Shown in pieces: positions 48,943 through 56,268 of a stretch of 60,439 nucleotides of DNA (within the stretch, counting starts at the first letter, position 1; each line of letters opens with the position of its first letter). This stretch comes from Campylobacterota bacterium (lineage in GTDB: Bacteria; Campylobacterota; Campylobacteria; Campylobacterales; QNZT01), in NCBI GenBank assembly GCA_022600175.1, contig JAHZKW010000159.1, forward strand, positions 1-60,439. The letters are read 5' to 3'. The translations under genes were made by a program, and so were the position numbers. Below the pieces are notes generated by a model. That model saw only the letters and a program-made list of their open reading frames with translations, did no database searches and was not told where the DNA came from.

Positions 48943-48977
48943 AGACTTAAAATGATAATTGTTATCATTTTAAGTCT
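48943..48977. promoter_or_regulatory. palindromic operator candidate (Fur-box-like) upstream of the imelysin operon
   Basis: 16-bp arms AGACTTAAAATGATAA and TTATCATTTTAAGTCT with a 3-nt centre. It contains TGATAAT-t-GTTATCA (7-1-7 Fur-box-like). TATAAT on the minus strand lies at 48924-48919. Confidence 0.55.
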
Positions 48978-48998
48978 TATGGCTGATAGGGTGTAATA

Positions 48999-50147
48999 TT
49001 AAAAGACGTAAGCCGTACCTAGCTCTATACGGTTGTCATCTTCTCCTTTATTATCTCGGATCATATAATCCACTTTTAAAATGACATTTTTAGTGGGTTG
49101 GTAGTTAAGTCCGATGACTGTGTTTGTGACATCGTCATCAGCTGGAACTTCTGTTCCTTCTTGATTATATTTTTCATCGAAACGGTTATATGTTTCATAC
49201 CGTATGAAAGGGGTGAAGTGCTCATTGATATCATATGAGGCATTAAGATAGTAACCTACACCTTTACCCGATGCATTCTTTTCTAATTTTTGTGCTACTT
49301 TTGCTGCATCATCAACTTGACTCATCGCATAAAGACCTCTTATTGCAAAACCTTGGATTTTATAACCAGCATGTACCTCTGCAATAGTGGTACTTACACC
49401 ATCAAGAGTATTATCCCCTTGACTTGCATCACCCGTAAAAACTGAAGCACCTAGCATCAGACCTGGCACACCTTGATAATCAACCCGTGCCACAATGCCA
49501 AAATCATCTGCTTTTGATTTTTGTCCACTTTGACGCATAGCCCGTACTTCGCTACCTTGTCCCGCATTAAGTCCTGCAACAATACCTATTTGATAAGCGA
49601 TGTCTGAGATACTTCCATGTAAGATTGCACCATTTTCATGCCATGTAGAAGGGATGATATACTTTTCAACTTCTGGACGATTCACAGCGTTAAAAGCAGT
49701 AGCTTCATGATAGAGGTTGATATAGCCTACTGGAACGATGACATGACCTAGTTTTACACTTGCCATTTCATTGAGTGTGAAGTCTAAGTAGGCTTGTTCA
49801 ACAATGCCATATCCACCAGTTTTTTCTCGTCCACCATGTTCCCACTCTAGTTCAGAAACAAATTTGATATTATCTGTAAATTGGTATCCAACATAGAGAA
49901 TAGCACGATAGATATCTAGTTTATCTGTTGCGTCGTCATCATCTAGGTATTTGATATAATCCATCTTCCCATAACCACCGATTGAGACACGATCCATTAC
50001 TGAAGATGCACTCTCCTTTTCTTGCATTGTTGCAATTTCGTTGATCAATTGATCATATTTTGTATTGAGCTCTTCTAGATTAGCTGCATTTATTTGTGTC
50101 ACTGCACAAAGACTCATTACTGTCATAAGACTATGTAATTTTTTCAT
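48999..50147 (-). CDS. outer-membrane porin with N-terminal coiled coil
   Basis: It shares RPEVEKYIIPSTWHENGAILHG with 42760-44100 (RPLVETYIIPSTWHTNGALLYG). C-terminal Phe (AYVF). Confidence 0.65.
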   Translation of the reverse strand: MKKLHSLMTVMSLCAVTQINAANLEELNTKYDQLINEIATMQEKESASSVMDRVSIGGYGKMDYIKYLDDDDATDKLDIYRAILYVGYQFTDNIKFVSELEWEHGGREKTGGYGIVEQAYLDFTLNEMASVKLGHVIVPVGYINLYHEATAFNAVNRPEVEKYIIPSTWHENGAILHGSISDIAYQIGIVAGLNAGQGSEVRAMRQSGQKSKADDFGIVARVDYQGVPGLMLGASVFTGDASQGDNTLDGVSTTIAEVHAGYKIQGFAIRGLYAMSQVDDAAKVAQKLEKNASGKGVGYYLNASYDINEHFTPFIRYETYNRFDEKYNQEGTEVPADDDVTNTVIGLNYQPTKNVILKVDYMIRDNKGEDDNRIELGTAYVF

Positions 50148-50224
50148 TTAATACTCCCCTTGTTCCCTTTTTTTTTGATGTTTCCATCTCTTAAAAATAG
50201 CTTAGGAAGATATTCTTAAAAGAT

Positions 50225-50262
50225 GATATTGTAGTTTAAGGGGGGGTATAAACTACAATATC
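50225..50262 (-). terminator. hairpin downstream of fldA
   Basis: GATATTGTAGTTTA (50225-50238), a 10-nt loop with a G7 run, TAAACTACAATATC (50249-50262). A T-rich stretch follows on the minus strand. Confidence 0.45.
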
Positions 50263-50340
50263 AAGGGCAATCTAATTCTGTAACATTTACTTAAAACGTG
50301 TTCAAGTGTTGATATATTGAAGTTTTTCTCTCTCCACCTC

Positions 50341-50844
50341 CTAATTTAAATATGATTTAATTGAATCAATCCACTGATCGATTCTCTTTTCTGTTAATTC
50401 ATCTTGATTATCTTCATCTAATGCAAGACCTACAAAGGCGTTATCAACAATGGCTGTTGATTCATCAAAATCATAACCTTCAGTTGACCATCCGTTACCA
50501 ACTACATTGGCACCTTTATCTACAGCATATTTGTAAAGTGTTCCCATCGCATCTAAATAGTTATCAGGGTATCCATCTTGATCTCCAAGACCAAAAAATG
50601 CTACTGTTTTACCAGCAAAATCCACCTCTTTAAAGTCATCTTCAAAATCTTCCCAATCATCTTGTAAGTCGCCTTCTCCCCATGTGGAAGTTCCAATGAT
50701 AAGTTCAGTATAGGTTTGAAAATCTTCTGCTTTGGCATTTGCGATATCATGCATCTCAACTTCTACATCTAGTTTTGATTTGATTATTTCTGCGACACGC
50801 TCAGTTGCACCGCCATTACTGCCATAAAAAATGCCTATTGCCAT
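50341..50844 (-). CDS. fldA: long-chain flavodoxin
   Basis: MAIGIFYGSNGGATE FMN-phosphate loop. 167 aa, acidic. Confidence 0.92.
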   Translation of the reverse strand: MAIGIFYGSNGGATERVAEIIKSKLDVEVEMHDIANAKAEDFQTYTELIIGTSTWGEGDLQDDWEDFEDDFKEVDFAGKTVAFFGLGDQDGYPDNYLDAMGTLYKYAVDKGANVVGNGWSTEGYDFDESTAIVDNAFVGLALDEDNQDELTEKRIDQWIDSIKSYLN

Positions 50845-51626
50845 TTTTTTGTTCTCCTTTTTTGATTTTTAATACAGAATGAAAATGAATAGGGAATCAT
50901 TTTCACTCTATATTCGTCCTCTGAAAGCTTGATATCGTTTTGAAATTTAAGATCCACATGTTTTGCAAAACTATTGTTTTTAGGAAAGATGAGAAAAACT
51001 TGACGAATTTTGTCAGAACGTAGGTGATCCATCGCCATATCAATGTTGTGATTGACGGTTTGATCTTGACGCATTGTTTTTTTCTCTATATTCTTATAAG
51101 AGGGGATGACTACTGTAGGAGAAGCTAGTGGATCAGGATCATAGATGATGATTTCATTGATGCCTAACTCTACTTTACATTTTTTATTGACTTTCTTGAT
51201 ACGTTCATAGACTAGATTTAAAAACATATCATCTAAATCCATCATCAACTCATAAGTTCCATTTTTATAGATCATTTGAATAAGCTTGGCAACATTTGAT
51301 GTTGGAGATTGTAATACTAATGTTGATTTTTTCTCAAGATATGCATGGATAATTTTAGTCCCTGCTAAATCTAAGGTAAATGAATCCTTAGGACGGTTTT
51401 GGTGCGCTTGTTTTAAGATATGGTCAATCTTTGTGGTAAAAACAGCTTTGAGATCTTGATATCCAATATATTCAGACTTTTTAAATCGTAGTGTCTTATC
51501 TACATAAAAATTAAAGAGATTAAAGAAAAGTAGTCTATTTTGTTTTGTACTACGCATCTGTTCACTTTGTGGTAAATACTCTATTACACCACCATTATTA
51601 TCTTGTACAAATCCTACATATTGCAT
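50835..51626 (-). CDS. hypothetical protein co-transcribed with fldA
   Basis: 263-aa ORF whose stop overlaps the fldA start by 10 nt. No family recognised. Confidence 0.5.
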   Translation of the reverse strand: MQYVGFVQDNNGGVIEYLPQSEQMRSTKQNRLLFFNLFNFYVDKTLRFKKSEYIGYQDLKAVFTTKIDHILKQAHQNRPKDSFTLDLAGTKIIHAYLEKKSTLVLQSPTSNVAKLIQMIYKNGTYELMMDLDDMFLNLVYERIKKVNKKCKVELGINEIIIYDPDPLASPTVVIPSYKNIEKKTMRQDQTVNHNIDMAMDHLRSDKIRQVFLIFPKNNSFAKHVDLKFQNDIKLSEDEYRVKMIPYSFSFCIKNQKRRTKKWQ

Positions 51627-51772
51627 CTTAAATCCTTTTTGAATTTGAAAATAGTTATCGAAATGATATTGTTTTATTCTTAAAATAAATTGAAATCGAA
51701 AATGGTTATCAAATTAAGTTGTAAGTAAGTTTGCCTCTTTTATGATTGCATCATCAATTGAGGAGTTGTGTC

Positions 51773-51910
51773 ATGCATGAACGTAAAGAGTTAATATATG
51801 AGTTAGGTATATTTGTACTACTTATTGTGGTAATAGGACTTTTTACCTATAGTATCGTGCATCTTCTCTCTGATAAAAACTTGATAGCGTTTATCACTTA
51901 TATATCGTAA
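51773..51910 (+). CDS. unannotated 45-aa single-helix membrane peptide
   Basis: GAGGAG at 51760-51765, 7-nt spacer, ATG at 51773 (MHERKELIYELGIFVLLIVVIGLFTYSIVHLL...), TAA at 51908-51910. Confidence 0.3.
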   Translation: MHERKELIYELGIFVLLIVVIGLFTYSIVHLLSDKNLIAFITYIS

Positions 51911-51934
51911 AAGATATTTTTTATTGAGAATAAA

Positions 51935-52042
51935 ATGAGCTTACTTCAACTAATACTCTTTTTTTATGTGGCATTAAATACTAGTGTGTTGATACTCTTT
52001 TTATTCTCTATAAAGTATATAAATAAAGAGGATTATGAATGA
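51935..52042 (+). CDS. unannotated 35-aa hydrophobic peptide
   Basis: ATG at 51935 (MSLLQLILFFYVALNTSVLILFLFSIKYINKEDYE). Its TGA forms an ATGA overlap with the ATG at 52039. The RBS is weak. Confidence 0.2.
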   Translation: MSLLQLILFFYVALNTSVLILFLFSIKYINKEDYE

Positions 52043-52263
52043 AGAACTTAATTTTTATACTAATTTTTTCAGCTTTTACATTTCAGGCATGTAGTGTAAA
52101 AAAGACAGGAGTAGAGTGTGAAAAGAGTAGTCATATCAATAGTGACAGCAACGGTAGTAGTGAGTGCATCAACAAATGTCAAACTAGATACAATCATGGT
52201 AACCACAGCTACAAAGACAAGCAAAAATATCGAAGGTGTGAGCGCGAGTGTCATCGTCGTTGA
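52039..52263 (+). CDS. possible small Cys/His-rich lipoprotein overlapping the receptor gene out of frame
   Basis: RBS AAAGAGGA lies 6-7 nt upstream. Lipobox TFQAC is present. The last 146 nt overlap the TonB-dependent receptor in another frame, so it may be spurious beyond the signal peptide. Confidence 0.25.
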   Translation: MKNLIFILIFSAFTFQACSVKKTGVECEKSSHINSDSNGSSECINKCQTRYNHGNHSYKDKQKYRRCERECHRR

Positions 52264-54220
52264 TGCGCAGAAAATAGAGTCAATGGGTGCTTCAACTTTA
52301 GGTGATGTAATTAAAAAAACACCAGGCTTAACAGTGCAGTATGGAACTTTCCCTAGTGCATCGAGTAAGTCAAAATCTTCTATATCGCTAAGAGGTATGG
52401 GTGCAAATGGGACACTCTTTTTGATTAATGGTAAAAGACTTTCTGGGGAGGTAAAAAACCCTTATGATTTAGATAGGATCCCTGCATCAGCGATTGAAAG
52501 AGTTGAAGTAGTCAAAGGCCCTATGAGCTCGCTCTATGGTGCAGATGCTGTAGGTGGTGTGATTAATATTATTATGAAAAAACCAACTAAAGTTTTTGAG
52601 GGGTCGGTGGGTGCAAAATATGGTTCTAATATAGATGGAGATGGGTCAAACTCAGGTTTGAACTTCAATGTGAGAGGTAAAAAAGAGAAACTTTCTTATA
52701 GTTTTAATGCAGATGCACTATACTCAGAGCCTTATACACAAAGCGAGAATGCAAATGTTTTAGTAAAAACTGCTACTGGAAAAGTGAAGCCTTCTGTCCA
52801 CCCTTACCCAGGTGTTCAGCAATTGGCAGATGAATATGTCACAGATGTAACTTATAGAGAAAAGGCAACAGTTTATAATTTTGGTGGTCGTTTGTCTTAT
52901 GATTTTAACGATGTATTTACTATGGGAGTAGATGCAAATTATATGGATGAAGAGAGAGAGGGTGCATATAATGGGTATTATCACCCTTCAAATCACATTA
53001 GTAATGGAAACAAAATACCTATTTTTAATATACCTGTAAACTCTATAGATGAAAATAGTCGACGTAATATTGGCGTAGATACACAATGGACAGTATCTAA
53101 TGATCTATTATTGAAGCTTAATATTTATAATAGTTTTTATAAAAAGAGAAATACAACAACAGCAGTGAATTATCAGGCAATGGGGTATGAAAATGAAGTC
53201 GCATCTAGTGCAAATGGTATGAGTGCAGATGTAGATATTACTTCCTATGAACTTAGTGGAAATCATGTTTTAAGTGATACACATTTATTAACTTTTGGAG
53301 GAGAGCATAGAGATGAAACAAGAGAAGCAACCGTCTTTGACAATACACCAGGTTTTAGCGAAAAATCTGTTGATTACCAAGCATTATATTTACAAGATGA
53401 ATGGGAATTAAGTGATACTTTAAATGTAGTATTTGGCGGAAGATACGATGCCATTAGCAATGCAGATAATAAAGCAACATTTAGAGTGGGAGCCGTTAAG
53501 AATCTTTCAAAAGCACTCAATTTTAGATTTAATTTTGCACAAGGTTATCGTACGCCAGATATTAGGGAGATGTATATTTTTAAGCAGACTCCTGCAGGTA
53601 TGCAAAGAGGAGCCGAGACAATTGGGTATAACTTACAGCCTGAGTTTACTAACGCATATGAGGTAGGCTTGAGTGGTACAAGAGAAGGATTTGATTATGC
53701 CATAGCCCTTTTTTACAATCAAATTGATGATCAGATAGAGCAAGTGCAAAGAGGGGATACCGATACTGGTCAATATTGGACATTTGAAAATGTGAGTGAA
53801 GCAGAGACTTTTGGTGTGGAGACAACCTTAGGATATAGTTTTGATAATGGTGCTTATCTCTCATTTGCTTGGAATGAACTTCAAACAGAAAACAAAGATA
53901 CAGGTAAAGATTTGGAATTTAACCCTGAACGTACACTCTCAATGGGTCTTGATACAACATTAATGGCCGATTGGAGTGTTGGGATATTAGCAACATATAT
54001 TGGAGAACAATACTATAGTAAAGCAACTACAAATGGAAATATTGATGCTAGTACAGAGGCTTATACACTTGTAGACTTAACCAGTAGTTATAAGTTTGGT
54101 GACAATAAAAAATATGAGATCTATGGTGGTGTGAATAACATTTTTGATGAGAGTGTAGAAAATATTCTTGGTTCAAATGTTGGGACTTATGTTTTTGCGG
54201 GTATAAGAGCAGATTTTTAG
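52118..54220 (+). CDS. TonB-dependent outer-membrane receptor
   Basis: GTG start with AGGAG upstream, signal peptide, plug region (LDTIMVTATK, ERVEVVKGPMSSLYGADAVGGVINI) and C-terminal aromatic residue (RADF). Confidence 0.9.
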   Translation: MKRVVISIVTATVVVSASTNVKLDTIMVTTATKTSKNIEGVSASVIVVDAQKIESMGASTLGDVIKKTPGLTVQYGTFPSASSKSKSSISLRGMGANGTLFLINGKRLSGEVKNPYDLDRIPASAIERVEVVKGPMSSLYGADAVGGVINIIMKKPTKVFEGSVGAKYGSNIDGDGSNSGLNFNVRGKKEKLSYSFNADALYSEPYTQSENANVLVKTATGKVKPSVHPYPGVQQLADEYVTDVTYREKATVYNFGGRLSYDFNDVFTMGVDANYMDEEREGAYNGYYHPSNHISNGNKIPIFNIPVNSIDENSRRNIGVDTQWTVSNDLLLKLNIYNSFYKKRNTTTAVNYQAMGYENEVASSANGMSADVDITSYELSGNHVLSDTHLLTFGGEHRDETREATVFDNTPGFSEKSVDYQALYLQDEWELSDTLNVVFGGRYDAISNADNKATFRVGAVKNLSKALNFRFNFAQGYRTPDIREMYIFKQTPAGMQRGAETIGYNLQPEFTNAYEVGLSGTREGFDYAIALFYNQIDDQIEQVQRGDTDTGQYWTFENVSEAETFGVETTLGYSFDNGAYLSFAWNELQTENKDTGKDLEFNPERTLSMGLDTTLMADWSVGILATYIGEQYYSKATTNGNIDASTEAYTLVDLTSSYKFGDNKKYEIYGGVNNIFDESVENILGSNVGTYVFAGIRADF

Positions 54221-54245
54221 AAAGTAAAAGAGAAAAGGAAAAAGT

Positions 54246-55196
54246 ATGAAAAAAGTGATAGTTATGAGTGTAGCATTAGGATTGGTGACATGGTTAGTTG
54301 CAAAAACACCAACACATACAGAGGATAATCTAAAACAAAAGATTGCCAAAATGGCAGGTGAAAAAGGGAGATTTGCTACACATGAAATGTTTCCAAAAGA
54401 TTATTTTTTAATTTCAAAAAATTTACCTTTTGTGATGGGGTTAGTTCTTAACCATCCACAAAGTAGTACATTAGAATTGAGTGATGATCAGAAAAAAACA
54501 CTTAAAGCGATTAAAGAGAAAACTGTACCTATAGTACTCAAAGAAGCTAAAGCAATTAAAACATTGGAGTTAGCACTTGCAGATAAGATAGTCAAAGGTG
54601 CAAAAGCGGCTGACTTGAGTGCAGAGGTAGAGAAGATAGGTGCATTAAAAATAGCATTGACAAAGAAGCATCTTGTATGCATTGAAAAGTCACTGGCAAT
54701 CTTAACACCTAAACAACTAGATAAGATGATGCAGTATGCAGGGAAGAAAGGTAAAAATAAACATAAGCAAGAGTCAGCACACCCTATTGAAGAGTTGGTT
54801 GATTTACCACACCCTATTAAAATGATTATGCCAAACAGAGAGAAACTCAAAATTACTGTTGATCAGGAAAAAGCACTAGAAGAGAAGATGATGGCAGTTT
54901 TCCCAGAAAAAATCCATGGCAATATGGATAAAGCTGAAGTGATTGAGACAAAGATCAAAAAAGCCGTTTTAAGTGAGTCAAAAACGAAAGAGGATCTTAA
55001 AGTTGATATCCAAACGTTAGCTGATATCAAAGTTAGTATTACCAATGATCATATTGATGCACTTAATACACTAGAGACAATTTTAACAAAAGCACAGTTT
55101 TCTCAGTTGTTAATAATGATGGGGCATAAAAAAGAGCATAGCCATGATCATGGGTCTAAAGATCATCACCATGACCATAAAGGTCATAAACACTAA
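54246..55196 (+). CDS. periplasmic tandem LTXXQ (Spy/CpxP/ZraP-like) protein with His-rich tail
   Basis: Signal peptide. Two repeats of about 120 aa each carry two LxxxQ motifs (LSDDQKKTL and LTPKQLDKM; ITVDQEKAL and LTKAQFSQL). The tail is HKKEHSHDHGSKDHHHDHKGHKH. Confidence 0.7.
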   Translation: MKKVIVMSVALGLVTWLVAKTPTHTEDNLKQKIAKMAGEKGRFATHEMFPKDYFLISKNLPFVMGLVLNHPQSSTLELSDDQKKTLKAIKEKTVPIVLKEAKAIKTLELALADKIVKGAKAADLSAEVEKIGALKIALTKKHLVCIEKSLAILTPKQLDKMMQYAGKKGKNKHKQESAHPIEELVDLPHPIKMIMPNREKLKITVDQEKALEEKMMAVFPEKIHGNMDKAEVIETKIKKAVLSESKTKEDLKVDIQTLADIKVSITNDHIDALNTLETILTKAQFSQLLIMMGHKKEHSHDHGSKDHHHDHKGHKH

Positions 55197-55221
55197 TTAG
55201 TGAATAAGTAGGAGTAAAGCA

Positions 55222-55356
55222 GTGGCATATGATGTGAGACGAATCATTGATTCCAAAGAGCTTTTTAAAAAAGAGAAAACGGTGATGATTTCTCATGAGG
55301 GGACACAGTATATATTGCGTATTACCAAAGAGAATAAATTGATATTGACAAAATAA
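55222..55356 (+). CDS. hemP: unannotated HemP-type hemin-uptake small protein
   Basis: GTG at 55222 with AGGAG upstream. The 44-aa product ends in the HemP signature ISHEGTQYILRITKENKLILTK. The tracked minus-strand ORF 55156-55386 is its shadow. Confidence 0.7.
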   Translation: MAYDVRRIIDSKELFKKEKTVMISHEGTQYILRITKENKLILTK

Positions 55357-55420
55357 GAAGAGTTTAGCCAGCCACTGCTTGTGCATCAGCCAGCCAATAA
55401 CTTTATTGAAAAGATAAAGG

Positions 55421-55954
55421 ATGGTTTGTATGATTGCGATGTTAGAGAGTTTTATGTATGAGGTGTCAAATATATTTTTGACACCTGTTTTGATTTTAAT
55501 TGTATTACTATTTGTATATGCATTTTTTCAAATCGGGGTATTTTCCGCTGAAGTATTTACCCGCAAAAAGTATGCCGCTTTATATAAAAGGTATGTTAAA
55601 GAGTCCACTGATAAGGGTGTTAAAGGGTACCCTGTTTATAACTATTATGTACAAAATGGCATTTTAGATACTGATAGTCTAGAGCTTTTTGCTTTTAAAA
55701 AACTTCAAAATGCCTCCATTGTTACACGTGTTGCACCTATGCTTGGACTTGTGGCTACAATGATCCCTATGGGACCAGCACTTAAAGCACTCTCTAATGG
55801 TAATGTACAAGGGATTAGTGAAAATCTTATTATCGCTTTTGCAGCCGTTATATTTGCCCTGATTACCGCTTCTATCACTTATTGGATTACGACTAAACGT
55901 AAAGCCTGGTACGCTGAAGAGATTACTACTATTGTCAGAGAGCAGAGTGTATGA
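55421..55954 (+). CDS. MotA/TolQ/ExbB-family proton channel protein
   Basis: 177 aa with three TM helices and the VAPMLGLVATMIPMGPAL motif. Confidence 0.8.
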   Translation: MVCMIAMLESFMYEVSNIFLTPVLILIVLLFVYAFFQIGVFSAEVFTRKKYAALYKRYVKESTDKGVKGYPVYNYYVQNGILDTDSLELFAFKKLQNASIVTRVAPMLGLVATMIPMGPALKALSNGNVQGISENLIIAFAAVIFALITASITYWITTKRKAWYAEEITTIVREQSV

Positions 55955-56268
55955 AATTGCTTAATGAAGATGAATCTTTGAATCCTATTCTTTCTGCTGT
56001 GAATTTGATTGATGTTTTTCTAGTGATTATTGCTGCTCTTTTAATCTCTATAGCCAAAAATCCGCTTAACCCTTTTAGTGCTGATGATGTGACGGTGATA
56101 AAAAATCAGGGTAAGAAAAATATGGAGATTATTACTAAAAAAGGTAAAAAGATCACCAAATATAAGTCAAGTGGTAAGATTGGAGAGGGTGAAGGTGAAA
56201 AGGCAGGTGTTGCCTATAAGATGAAGGATGGCTCGATTATCTATGTACCTGAAGGAGTACAGAAGTGA
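55951..56268 (+). CDS. DUF2149-like single-pass protein in the ExbD position
   Basis: 105 aa with one N-terminal TM helix and a Gly/Lys-rich beta-like tail. ATGA overlap upstream and GTGA overlap downstream. Family recalled from memory. Confidence 0.6.
   Translation: MKLLNEDESLNPILSAVNLIDVFLVIIAALLISIAKNPLNPFSADDVTVIKNQGKKNMEIITKKGKKITKYKSSGKIGEGEGEKAGVAYKMKDGSIIYVPEGVQK

Noticed and set aside
50200-50224. Third copy of the CTTAAAATGA operator (TTCTTAAAAGATGATATTG)
   Set aside because: It has a 1-nt insertion in the arm and no matching right arm at the 9-nt spacing. It is only a loose resemblance.
51627-52117. Possible cobalamin riboswitch ahead of the receptor/CobN-like locus
   Set aside because: No GC-rich B12-box-like segment is visible in this AT-rich leader.
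55156-55386. 76-aa minus-strand ORF
   Set aside because: It is the shadow of the plus-strand HemP-type gene, which has an RBS and a family signature.
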